Below, one piece after another: positions 35,880-47,453 of a stretch of 64,000 bases of DNA. The position numbers were made by a program, and so were the translations under genes. A model generated the notes under the pieces. The model did no database searches, was not told the DNA's origin, and saw only the letters and a list, made by a program, of their open reading frames with translations. Numbering within the stretch: position 1 is the first letter of the stretch; each line of letters starts with the position of its first letter. The stretch lies in the NCBI GenBank assembly GCA_030390025.1, contig CM059432.1:95358001-95422000 (forward strand). The letters are read 5' to 3'. The DNA comes from Squalus acanthias. Its lineage: Eukaryota.

Positions 35880-38800
35880 GCTTGGAATGCATGCGAGATG
35901 GTTTCTTGGATCAGTATGTGGAGGAACCAACCAGGGAACAGGCTATTCTGGATCTGGTACTGTGTAATGAGAAAGGGCTAATCAATAATCTTGTGGTAAA
36001 GGGGCCTTTAGGGACAAGTGACCATGGGCCAGAAATTCGGTTTTCCGGCTTCCTGTGGGTGCAAGCATCGCGCGCGTACTTACCTACCGCGCCTGCCGTT
36101 GTGTTTTGGGCCCACGAGAACTTCGGGTCCTGGGCCGCCTCCAGCTGCCGGCGCGCAGTGCTTGCGTGTTCCAGGGGCGCAGTTAGTTCGAAGCGTCCCC
36201 TGGGATCACATGGGCCATGGAGAGCCAATCCTAGCAGGGCATTTTCATTCATAGATTTGACAGGAAGACTTAAACTTCAAATACATTTTTTTTTAAATCA
36301 CATTTTTTTAAATAACTAAATTAAATAAATTAACTACTTTAAACAAAAATTTAAATTTTTGAAAAAATTAATTATACTTTTTAACGGTGCTAAAAATAAA
36401 CTTACCTTTCTTTAAAGTATCTAAAAAAGATAAACCTGTTGAAAATTTTTTTAAATTGTAATTAATTAACCACTTACCTTGTTAAAAACGGGTCCTGCGC
36501 CTCCTTTTTAAAAGCGCAGCTTCTTCCATACTTACCTTCCCGGAGAAACCTGAAAAAAACCTGAAGTTCGCTGTGTGCGCGCAGCCTCTCCCGCGCACGT
36601 GGTTCACTTCTGAACCCCTCCCTTCACGAGACCGGAAGTTCCGGTTTCCCACGCATGCGCAGTGCATGCAGGAAACCGGCACTTCAAGTGGCCTTATGGG
36701 TGAGTACACAACGCGAACTCACCCGACAAGCGCCGAATTTCTGGGCCCATAATATAATTGAATTTTACGCTAAGTTTGAGAGTGATGTAGTCCAATCTGA
36801 AACTAAGGTCTTCAATTTAAACAGAGAAAACTACAAGTGTATGAGGGACAAGTTGGCCATGGTAGATTGGGAGACTACACTAAACAGTATGAAGGTGGAC
36901 ATACAATGGCTAACCTTCAAGGAAATAATGCATAATTTGCAACAAACAAGGGCATAAAAACCCAAAAGGAAAAGTGATCCAAGCATGGCTAACAAAAGAA
37001 ATTAAAGCTAGTATTAAGTCAAAGGAGGAAGCTTATAAAGTTGCCAGAAAAAGCGGTCAGCCTGAGGATTGGGATCTTTTTAGAAATCAGCAAAGGGGGA
37101 CCAAGAAATTGATAAAGAAAGGGGAAATGGAATATGAGCACAAACTAGCGAAAAATATAAAAACGGATTGTAAAAGCTTCTATAGGTATGTGAAAAGGAA
37201 AAGACTGGCAAAGGTAAATGTAGGTCCTTTACAGTCAGAGACGGGAGAATTTATAATGGGGAATGAGGAAATGGCAGTGAAATTAAATAAATACTTTGTT
37301 TCTGTCCTCACGGAGGAAGACACAAAAAACCTCCCAGAAATACGAGAAAACCAAGGGTGTGGCGAGAATGATGAACTTAAAGAAATTATTATTAGTAAAA
37401 AAACAGTACTAGCAAAATTAATGGGACTAAAAGTCGATAAATCTCAAGGACCGAATGACCTACATCCTTGGGTTTTGAAAGAGGTGGCCATTGGGATAGT
37501 GGACGCATTGGTTGTCATCTTCCAAAATTCTATAGATTCTGGAACGGTTCCTGCAGATTAGAGGATAGAAAATGTAACCCCGCTATTTAAGAAAGGAGGG
37601 AGAGAGAAAACGGGGAACTACAGACCTGTTAGCCTCACATCAGAAGTTGGGAAAATGCTGGAATCTATTATAAAGGATGCAATAACTGGGCACTTAGAAA
37701 CTAATAGTAAGATTGGGCAGAGTCAACATGGATTTATGAAAGGGAAATCCTGTTTGACAAACCTATTGGAGTTCTTTGAGGATGTAACTAGTGGAGTAGA
37801 CAAAGGGGAACCGGTAGATGTGGTGTATTTGGATTTTCAGAAGGCCTTCGATAAGGTCCCACACAAGGGGTTGGTGAACAAAATTAGGGCACGTGGAATT
37901 GGGGGTAATATACTAGCATGGATTGAGAATTGGTTAACAGACAGAAAACAAAGAGTAGAGATAAACGAGTCTTTTTCAGGATGGCAGGCTGTGACTAGTG
38001 GGGTACCGCAAGGATCGGTGCTTGGGTCCCAGTAATTCACAATCTATATCAATGATTTGGATGAGGGGACTAAATGTAACATTTCCAAATTTGCTGCTGA
38101 TACAAAGCTAGGTGGCAGTTTCAGTTGTGAAGAGGATGTGAAGAGGCTTCAAGGAGATCTCGACAGGCTCAGTGAGTGGGCGAGAACATGGCAGATGGAA
38201 TATAATGTGGATAAATGTGAAGTTATCCACTTTGGTAGAAAAAACAGAAAGGCAGAGTATTTCCTAAATGGTGAAAGATTGAGGAATGCAGATGCTCAAA
38301 GGGACCTGGGTGTCCTTGTACATGAGTCACTGAAAGTGAATGTGCAGGTGCAGCAAGCCATTAGGAAGGCAAATAGTATGCTGGCCTTCATTACAAGAGG
38401 ATTTGAGTACAGGAGTAAAGAAGTCTTACTCCAATTATATAGGGCCTTGGTGAGACCACACCTGGAGTACTGTGTACAATTTTGGTCTCTAATCTAAGGA
38501 AGGATATACTTGCCATAGAGGGAGTGCAATGAAGGTTCACGAGATTGATTTCTGGGATGGCGGGACTGTCGTATGAGAAGAGATTGAGTAAACTAGGCCT
38601 GTATTCTCTTGAATTCAGAAGAATGAGAGGGGATCGCATTGAAGCATACAAAATTATTACAGGGCTTGATAGGGTGGATGCTAGGAGAATGTTTCCCTTG
38701 GCTGGGGAGTCTAGAACCAGGGGCCACAGCCTCAGGATAAAGGGTAGGCCATTCAGGATGGAGATGAAAAGAAATTTCTTCACACAGAGGGTGGTGAATC

Positions 38801-39019
38801 TTTGGAATTCTCTCCCCCAGAGGGCTCTGGAGGCTCAGTCATTGGGTATATTCAAAACAGTAGTTGATAGATTTCTGACTTGTAAGGGCATCAAGGGATA
38901 TGGCGATAGGGCCAGTGAAAGGAGTTGAGGCAGAAGATCAGCCATGATCTCATTGAATGGCAGAGCAGGCTCAAAGGGCCGAATGGCCTACTCCTGCTCC
39001 TATTTCTTATGTTCTTATG
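35880..39019 (+). mobile_element. CR1 LINE ORF2 (EN end, RT) and tail, interrupted by a MITE
   Basis: FLDQYVEEPTREQAILDLVL, ORFs 36974-38928; tail TATTTCTTATGTTCTTATG. Confidence 0.95.
36026..36747. mobile_element. Harbinger-like MITE (722 bp) with 3-bp TSD CAT
   Basis: TIRs GGGCCAGAAATTCGG / CCGAATTTCTGGGCC. Removal restores CR1 GTSDHNIIEF. Confidence 0.92.
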
Positions 39020-39317
39020 CTACAGTGATGTATACATATTCAGTCACAGAAGCTCCAATGGAAGGGAGTAGGTCTAGTTTACATGCCTAAGACCTTCATT
39101 TTCACCCTTTCTCTGGCAGTCTACTGGGGACAGGAATGTATGACATGTATCTGAATCCATGCTGGCCTGCTTCTGAGTCTCATAGTGCCGTGGTGGAGGC
39201 TCTCCTGATGTACAAACTAACCACACTATACAGATTTCAGGTTTGAATTAAGAGGGATTAATTTTGAAACACCTTACTCTGAATCTGAAATCATTTTTTT
39301 GGAACATCAAACTTTAT

Positions 39318-41600
39318 GGCCTAGAAATTCGATCAGGCCGGGAAATGGCCAGTGCCACTGAGGTTAACGACCGCCCGCAAAAAGGGTGCAGGCAGCACTG
39401 GTATTTTGGTGCTGCCTGCTGATTTACATGAGCGGAGCGCAAAACCTACGTGCTTTTTCGGGCGGCTGCCTCAGCAGGAGGCCCAATGTAGTGTGGCTGT
39501 CGTGTCCCTGGAGTGAGGCAGCGCTCTCTTAGCCTGTCATTTTAGAAAGCACTGTCATGCCCTTAAAGGGGAAATGCCTGCTAAAATGAAAAAAATAAAA
39601 ATAATTTTAAAATAGGCAGTCTTTAGCCCTTAGAGTTCAACTGCCATCTGAAAAGAAAACATTAAAAATAATTCCAAAATGGCAGTCTTCAACTCTTCAA
39701 GGTGAACTGCATTCTGCACATAAAAAAATGGTAAAAGTAATTCAGCACGAACACAAATGGCTCAATAAGCCAAGGAAGGGGCACCCAAGGTCTCGCACAC
39801 AGCACTCCAGCTTTGTGCAGGGGGTCAACACTGCAAAAGAGGTCCTCTACCCACAGGAGCTAGGAGGTCCTTCAGAAGGAACAACGTGGAACCAGATCAC
39901 CGAGGCCATCACTGCCAGCAGTGTCGCCCCACAACCTGGCTCCAGTGTCCAAAGAAGTTTCATGACCTCAGGTCAGTGGTCAAGGTCAGTGAATGCATCT
40001 TCAAAAGCTGTCGCCTACCAACTGCACCACTAGCCTCACACACTTCTCAATACACAATTACCCAACCACCACCCCCACCGCTCACCTACCAACAATCTGT
40101 ACCAAACACGAGGCTCACCTCCCATTCCTAGCTTCACCTCGCCCCCTTGGAGGAGACAGTGCTGGCCATTCTTGGCAGGGGCATGCCTGAGGCCTTGACT
40201 AGCAGCAGGCCTGAAAGGATACAAGATTCTGGTACGTATCCTCAAACGTTATTCTCCTTCTCACATCCCGCTTCCCCCTCATCCCACAATATCTTCTGAT
40301 TTACAAGGTGCACATGGTGTAAGCATGTAACTCTTGCTTTCCCACTCTGCCCTCACCACAACCCTACCCTTGTGCCTTCCTCATTTCACACACCCAAGAA
40401 ATGCAGCCTGCCCAGCTAGTGGTTGACCAAGAAGAGGGAGAGGAGATTGAAGAAGAGGAAACACCATCACTCGATTTCACACTCCCAGCCACCTCGAGGT
40501 CATTCTGCAAGGCCATCTGCAGTGTCCCCCACTGAAAGTCAGCAGCCTTCCACCAGCCATGCTGCAGCTACTGGGGTAGCACAGTGTAACATCACTAGGA
40601 TAGGCAAAGGCACATGCAAGACAGTCATTAAGGGAATGCACAAGGGTGATGAGTTGATTTCTTGATGTAATATTGGATGCATATATGGATAAAGTTGGAT
40701 TGGAAAGTTTGCTTTGTGGTGACTTTTATTTCAGTATTGTGGCCAAGAGGATGCTATGATGGTCAGTAACAGAGGGAAGGTAAGGAGTGGGGCAAATGTT
40801 GAAAGGGGAATTGGGGTTATGGTCAATGGTACCGCAGGTGGATGATTCCATCCTGGATATCCTGGCCTGTCTGGGTTGCCTCCTTCCTTCGGCTTCCTCC
40901 TCTTCAGCTTCTTCCTCTTCCCTCTGTGAGCAGCTTGTCCCCTTTGCTGCATCTGCTTCATCTCCATGTGCCCCCAGGACTGTGAGCAAGTGGTCTTCTC
41001 AGAGGCAAAATACTGCTGATGCTGTAAATCTGAAATAAAAGCAGAAAATGCTGGAAATACTCAGCAGGTCAGGCAGCATCTCAATGTGAGACGTTAACTC
41101 TGTTTCTCTCTCCACCGATACTGCCTGACCTGTTGAGTATTTCCAGCATTTTCGGTTTGCTCAGAGGCCTTCCTTTACCATCCAAAGCCTTGCAAGCATC
41201 CAGCAGCACTTCCTGCACACTTTAAAAACATTTTAAATGGATTGCACCAAGCCACTACTTCAATAAAATATTTTAAAAAGTCCAAACGCTGAAATCCAAA
41301 CTTACCTGAAAGAAGTGTGTGTCCATTTAAGAAGCACTGACAGCATCTCTGCAGGGCTGCTTCGCACATACTTTTCTGTGCGTGGTTAGGACACAGCGTA
41401 ATGGAGAGTGAGAACATCCAAATTAGCAGTCATGGCGTCAACTCAGATGTTGCAAGCTGATGGACGTCACGATCTGCTTATTTAAATTTGAGAGGCCATC
41501 GCTGTCAACGGCCCTTAACAAAATGGCATCCTCCGTATCCTGCGCCGGAAGTGAGGCGGAAGCGAGGCAGCCGCCATTTTTCTACAAAACCGGCCTTAAA
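39318..41600 (+). mobile_element. Deleted Harbinger element with a Myb/SANT-like pseudogene
   Basis: Left TIR GGCCTAGAAATTC. MAQ*AKEGAPKVSHTALQ / GVNTAKEVLYP..WNQITEAITASSVAP / TWLQCPKKFHDLRSVVK followed by a GT donor. Confidence 0.75.
41007..41159. mobile_element. Fold-back Penelope pLTR mini-insert with 9-bp TSD CTCAGAGGC
   Basis: Inverted arms GAAAATGCTGGAAATACTCAGCAGGTCAGGCAG / CTGCCTGACCTGTTGAGTATTTCCAGCATTTTC; direct repeats at 40998-41006 and 41160-41168. Confidence 0.85.
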
Positions 41601-41817
41601 CAGAAAATACTAGAAAAAGGCAATGCAGGTCAATTAGCATCTGTCTATTTTGGGCGTCGACCCTTGATCAGAGATCTGATGGTTTTATTAATGTGCACTC
41701 AGGGCCGGCCTTACAGGGTGACCCAGGGCACCATGGTCAAGAGGGTCTGATTCCTCTGTGAAGAACTTGGCTATCTCCAAAGTCTGCTTCCAATGGACTG
41801 CAGTGCTCCTCAAGAAG

Positions 41818-41976
41818 CCATGATGTGGAGATGCCGGTGTTGGACTGGGGTGGACAAAAGTGAGAAGTCACACAACACCAGGTTATAGTCCAACAGCTTT
41901 ATTTGAAATCACAAAGCTTGTGATTTCAAATAAAGCTGTTGGACTATAACCTGGTGTTGTGCGACTTCTCACTTTT
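41818..41976. mobile_element. Fold-back insert (59-bp arms), probably the end of a second Penelope-like family, with 12-bp TSD
   Basis: Hairpin 41856-41976 with one mismatch and an AGC loop; CTCCTCAAGAAG at 41806-41817 and 41977-41988. Confidence 0.85.
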
Positions 41977-42026
41977 CTCCTCAAGAAGAGCAAACTTCAA
42001 GTTTCAAGAGCAAGTTCCCAAACACA

Positions 42027-43038
42027 TGGATAGCACTCAGGATCCTGTTAACCATGGTCGTGTCGGTGGCGGTGGATAGCACTCAGAATCCTGTTAACCA
42101 GGCCGGTATCGGTGGCAGTGGATAGCACTCAGGATCCTGTTAACCAGGCCGGTATCGGTGGCGGTGGATAGCACTCAGGATCCTGTTAACCAGGCCGGTA
42201 TCGGTGGCGGTGGATAGCACTCAGGATCCTGTTAACCATGCCTGTATCCGTGGCGATGGATAGCACTCAGGATCCTGTTAACCATGCCTGTATCGGTGGC
42301 GGTGGATAGCACTCAGGATCCTGTTAACCAGGCCGGTATCGGTGGCGGTGGATAGCACTCAGGATCCTGTTAACCAGGCCTGTATCCGTGGCGATGGATA
42401 GCACTCAGGATCCTGTTAACCAGGCCTGTATCCGTGGCGATGGATAGCACTCAGGATCCTGTTAACCATGCCTGTATCGGTGGCAGTGGATAGCACTCAG
42501 GATCCTGTTAACCAGGCCGGTATCGGTGGCAGTGGATAGCACTCAGGATCCTGTTAACCAGGTCGGTATCGGTGGCGGTGGATAGCACTCAGGATCCTGT
42601 TAACCATGGTCGTGTCGGTGGCAGTGGATAGCACTCAGGATCCTGTTAACCAGGCCTGTATCCGTGGCGATGGATAGCACTCAGGATCCTGTTAACCATG
42701 CCTGTATCTGTGGCGATGGATAGCACTCAGGATCCTGTTAACCAGGCCGGTATCGGTGGCGGTGGATAGCACTCAGGATCCTGTTAACCATGCCTGTATC
42801 CGTGGCGGTGGATAGCACTCAGGATCCTGTTAACCAGGCCGGTATCGGTGGCGGTGGATAGCACTCAGGATCCTGTTAACCATGCCTGTATCCGTGGCTG
42901 TGGATAGCACTCAGGATCCTGTTAACCAGGCCGGTATCGGTGGCGATGGATAGCACTCAGGATCCTGTTAACCAGGCCTGTATCCGTGGCGGTGGATAGC
43001 ACTCAGGATCCTGTTAACCAGGCCTGTATCCGTGGCGA
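42027..43038 (+). repeat. Minisatellite, 46-bp unit, 22 copies
   Basis: Unit TGGATAGCACTCAGGATCCTGTTAACCA(G/T)G(C/G).(T/G)GTATC(C/G)GTGGC(G/A)(G/A); 1012 bp equals 22 x 46. Confidence 0.97.
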
Positions 43039-45199
43039 GCAGCAAACGGAGCTTCTCGAAGATGAAGCTCATAAAAACATATTTGCGATCGACCATGGGA
43101 GACGACAGGCTATCTTCGCTGGCCATCCTCTCTATCGAGAATAATGTGGCTCAAAATATCTTGGTGAACAAAGTTTGTTATTGTTATTTATTAGTTTAGT
43201 GTTTAATTTAATGTTTTGTTGATTTGTCACTTAGCTATAATACTATTTTTTCTGACTTATTTCATTTGTTATTTAAATAATAAAAAACTTTTGAGATTAC
43301 TGCTTTATTTCCGAAACTTTTGCTAATACTGCTACATAATTAAACTCAAAGAAAGGGCGCCAAAATACAAGTTCGCCCAGGGTGTCATTTTCCCTAAGGC
43401 TGGCCCTGTGTGCACTAACAGCGGGGACCCTTGCCAGGCTAGTGTGCACTTCACAGATCTTGGGCCACAGCCATGATTTTTCACCCATCAATTTTAATAG
43501 AACAAAAATCATTGGCAGTGCACCCACGATTTCCCGCTGTGCATGCTGGCAGGGGAGGCTGCCCGTCGGTACTTTACATTCGGAAAATATGCCCGATGAT
43601 GTGCATTTCCGGCATTTTCTGTTTTCATTTCTATTGCACTATTTTTTGCTATCAGTCAGTACTAGTACTGTATAGACAGTTGTCTTCCATAAACCTTTGG
43701 TGATAAATGACATTTTTGTCTCTTCCGCTGCCTTACATATGGACTGTAACAGGATTACGTTGACTTATAAAATAAAAGTCAATGAAAAAATCCTTACTGT
43801 GGATTCCAAGTCTGATTTTTGTAATAGTAATGCTAATTTTTTTGTTTTAGATTCCCCCTTTTAATTCTTTAATCAAATCAGTAGCATGTTATTTAATAGT
43901 TATTTTATTTTGAGATGTACATTTACTCCAAGGTATCAGGGGCACAACTGTTTTTAAGGAAACGGTGGCTCCAACAGGTCTTTACTTGTGTGTCAGAGGC
44001 GCGCAATCTCGATGTAAAAGTCGGGGAGGCATAGCTTGTCATCATTTGTCCTTTTATCAGCTGGCCCTGGTCAGTGTCCTGCTGTAGAAGGCCATGGTAA
44101 TTTATGTCGAAGCTGTGTACATTTACTTATCTGGAGTGCAGCTGGCTGTGGTGTTCAGTCAGTCTGGCTCCTCCACAGGCTGCTAGACTCTTCCTGCCTG
44201 CAGGGATAAGTGGAAGTTGGCTGTTCCTCTGCTGCCAAGTTGCTAAGCCATAAGAAAAACAACAGCAAAGAGAGCACTGAAGGCACGAACTGTCGTAGCA
44301 GTCCTGTACTTGAACCAAGCTCTTGCAGCTACAATCACACATGTTTGAGATCTGAGGAGACCATCATCATTCAAATAAAATGAAATTAAAACTCAATTAC
44401 AGTGCAAATAGTGAAATGTTTTTATTGAATTATCCCAAATACAGGATTTAATGCAGCAGCAAAATAGTTCAGATCTTGAGCTTATTTTCATAGAATAATG
44501 AATTTGTTGCTTGCTTTACAGAGTGTGCTTTACAATACAACTATGCAACACCTTTATTCTTCAATTTAAAACATTCTCATTCCTGGGCAGTTTAAAGGAG
44601 AAGTCAGTCTCAGGGCACATTTGGAACTAAAATATTTCCTGTCAACTTTCCTTCCATTTTCTGCAGCAGTAACTATTACCTTGTTTTAGCTGCCTGTAAA
44701 GCATAATGCTGTTAGTGTCTGTTTCCTCCAGGGTTAAATAAGGGCAGCAGTATTATTCCTAAAATGTACAAAGGATAAAAGCTCTCTGAGATTGTTTAAA
44801 ATGTGGAATGAGATTAAAATGGATCCTGACCAAGTTTTCAGAACTGATTAAGGTAATCATATTATTAGGGAGCAATAAACAAACACTGACTCTCTTGCCC
44901 AGGCTTGTGGGCCTAACATAGGTATTTGTTGGACTAGTCATTGCAAAATAAAAACAGCATAGAGTCTCAAAAATATCATCAGGCATCAAAAGTGTCTATA
45001 GTTCAGTCGCCCAATAATGCAAGGTATTGTTGCCCAGCCAGGAGAGCTCACATTTGATTGACAGGGGCTGCCTGTCATTCCAACACAAACCTCACTTCTC
45101 AGCCATGCTGTTGGGTGAGTAACCTGATAGATGCAGGTGTTTCACATCCAGGTTTGTAAATGGAGGTAGGAAAAGTGGGGGGGGGCGGTAAAAGACATT

Positions 45200-46765
45200 G
45201 GCCTAGAAATTCGATAACGGGCGGGGGCATCACCCAGTACTATTTGCCTGCACCTCTTCTAAGTGGTGCAAAATTCGTGCTGCCTGCTCATTACCATGAT
45301 TGCAGGGCTGATCTCAGCACTAAACTCGCTGCTGATTGGCTTATCGCTCAATGGGGGGGGGCCAATATCGGGTGTAATCTACTGGCCAATAACTCACACA
45401 CTTCACCCAAACACATTGCACCACACTCACTGACACACACATCACCCAAACACATTGCACTACACTCACTGACACACTTCACCCAAACACATTGCACCAC
45501 ACTCACTGACACACATCACCCAAACACATTGCCCCACACTCACTGACACACTTCACCCAAACACATTGCCCCACACTCACTGACACACTTCACCCAAACA
45601 CATTGCCCCACACTCACTGACACACTTCACCGAAACACATTGCACCACACTCACTGACACACTTCACCCAAACACATTGCCCCACACTCACTGACACACT
45701 TCACCCAAACACATTGCACCACACTCACTCACACACTTCACCCAAACACATTGCACCACACTCACTCACACACTTCACCCAAACACATTGCAGCACACTC
45801 ACTGACACACTTCACCCAAACACATTGCCCCACACTCACTGACACACTTCACCCAAACACATTGCCCCACACTCACTGACACACTTCACCCAAACACATT
45901 GCCCCACACTCACTGACACACTTCACCGAAACACATTGCACCACACTCACTGACACACTTCACCGAAACACATTGCACCACACTCACTGACACACTTCAC
46001 CCAAACACATTGCACCACACTTACTGACACACTTCACCCAAACACATTGCCCCACACTCACTGACACACTTCACCCAAACACATTGCACCACACTCACTC
46101 ACACACTTCACCCAAACACATTGCACCACACTCACTCACACACTTCACCCAAACACATTGCAGCACACTCACTGACACACTTCACCCAAACACATTGCAC
46201 CACACTTACTGACACACTTCACCCAAACACATTGCACCACACTCACTCACACACTTCACCCAAACACATTGCACCACACTTACTGACACACATCACCCAA
46301 ACACAGTGCACTACACTCACTCACACACGTCCCTTTCTCTTGCAGGCAAAGGTGGCTCACAACCACCGCGAGCAACAACAGACGGGAGGCAGTCAAACGA
46401 GGCTTCACACCCGGACGGCAACGCTCCCTATAAACTGTGCAGCTACACTCCCTGCCACCTCAGCAACTTTAAACAAGTTTAGAAAGCTCCAAATAGTTGC
46501 AAAAACTTAGACAGAGCCAGTAGAACTGAAAAAGCATGTCAGCTGCAAGTTGTCGATCCCTTTACATAGCGTTGCTGGGGGCTCCTTCCTGCTGCTGAAT
46601 GCTTGGTCAGCTGGTCGTGATTAGGAGAGGACGTTAAATGGAGCAGAGACATCCAAAATGGCAGATTGTGCGTCAAATCACCGTTGCACACTGATTGACG
46701 TCACGATCTGCCTAATCTAAATATCTGGAGCAAGCGCTGGCAATGACCAGCCCCAAAATGGCAGC
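45200..46765 (+). mobile_element. Deleted Harbinger element of the 39318 family
   Basis: Same left TIR GGCCTAGAAATTCGAT; exon remnant AKVAHNHREQQQTGG after TTTCTCTTGCAG; 46650-46730 is homologous to 41416-41495. Confidence 0.7.
45392..46328 (+). repeat. Minisatellite, 37-bp unit CACACTTCACCCAAACACATTGCACCACACTCACTGA, about 25 copies
   Basis: Directly visible. Confidence 0.96.
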
Positions 46766-47100
46766 CAATTTGCACACAGCAAGCTCCCACAAACAGCAAT
46801 GTGATAATGACCAGATGATGTTGATTGAGGGATAAATATTGGCCAGAACACCAGGGATAACTCTCCTGCTCTTCTTCGAAATAATGCCATGGGATATTTT
46901 ACGTCCACATGAGAGCAGACGGGGCCTCAGTTTAACGTCTCACCCAAAAGATGGCACTTCTGACAGTGCCGCACTCCCTCAGCACTGCACTGGAGTGTCA
47001 GCCTAGATTTTTGTGCTCAAGTCTCTGGGTATGACTTGAACCAACAGCCTTCTGACTCAGACGCGAGGGTGTTACCCACTGAGCCACGGCTTGACACTCA
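46760..47100 (-). mobile_element. DeuSINE/SacSINE1-like tRNA-derived SINE
   Basis: Reverse strand reads GTGGCTCAGTGG (A box), GGTTCAAGTC (B box) and GAGACGTTAAACTGAGGCCCCGTCTGC core. Confidence 0.75.
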
Positions 47101-47453
47101 AAGTCACTGGATCTTGAAGCAAAATTAAAAGAGATAGCGATAAAACATTTGAGCAGCAAAGCATATTTTTGAAAACAGCACAGAAGAGACATAGATCATT
47201 TTGTCACAACAACATAACCTTCTACGCATATTGTGATGATGTAATTTTTTTTCATGAAGACAGCGCCACTTTAAACAAGGAAGTAACAGGGTTTCAAATT
47301 TCAAAAAGTACAGAGTCAAAATATTTTTTCAAAAGTAGGTAAGCGACATCTTATTTTGAGACTTTAAAGAATGGACAGAAATGTCCAACCAATGAACAAA
47401 AAAAGGTTTCCTAACTTAAGAAGATAATTCGGCCTCTATGTTTTGAACACAAT

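Larger units (their letters stand above)
41700..43408 (+). mobile_element. Non-autonomous hAT (Tip100-like) transposon retaining the C-terminal dimerisation domain
   Basis: TIRs CAGGGCCGGCCTTA / TAAGGCTGGCCCTG; perfect 8-bp TSD TGTGCACT. FPNTWIALRILLTM..VSVASSKRSFSKMKLIKTYLRSTMGDDRLSSLAILSIE. Confidence 0.93.

Noticed and set aside
42027..43038. CRISPR-like array (constant 28-bp part with a palindrome plus a variable part)
   Set aside because: The variable parts are near-identical variants rather than unique spacers, there are no cas genes, the context is vertebrate, and the unit derives from hAT transposase sequence.
45160..46510. His/Thr-rich repeat protein ORFs
   Set aside because: Translations of the 37-bp minisatellite; the unit is not a multiple of 3 and contains TGA stops.
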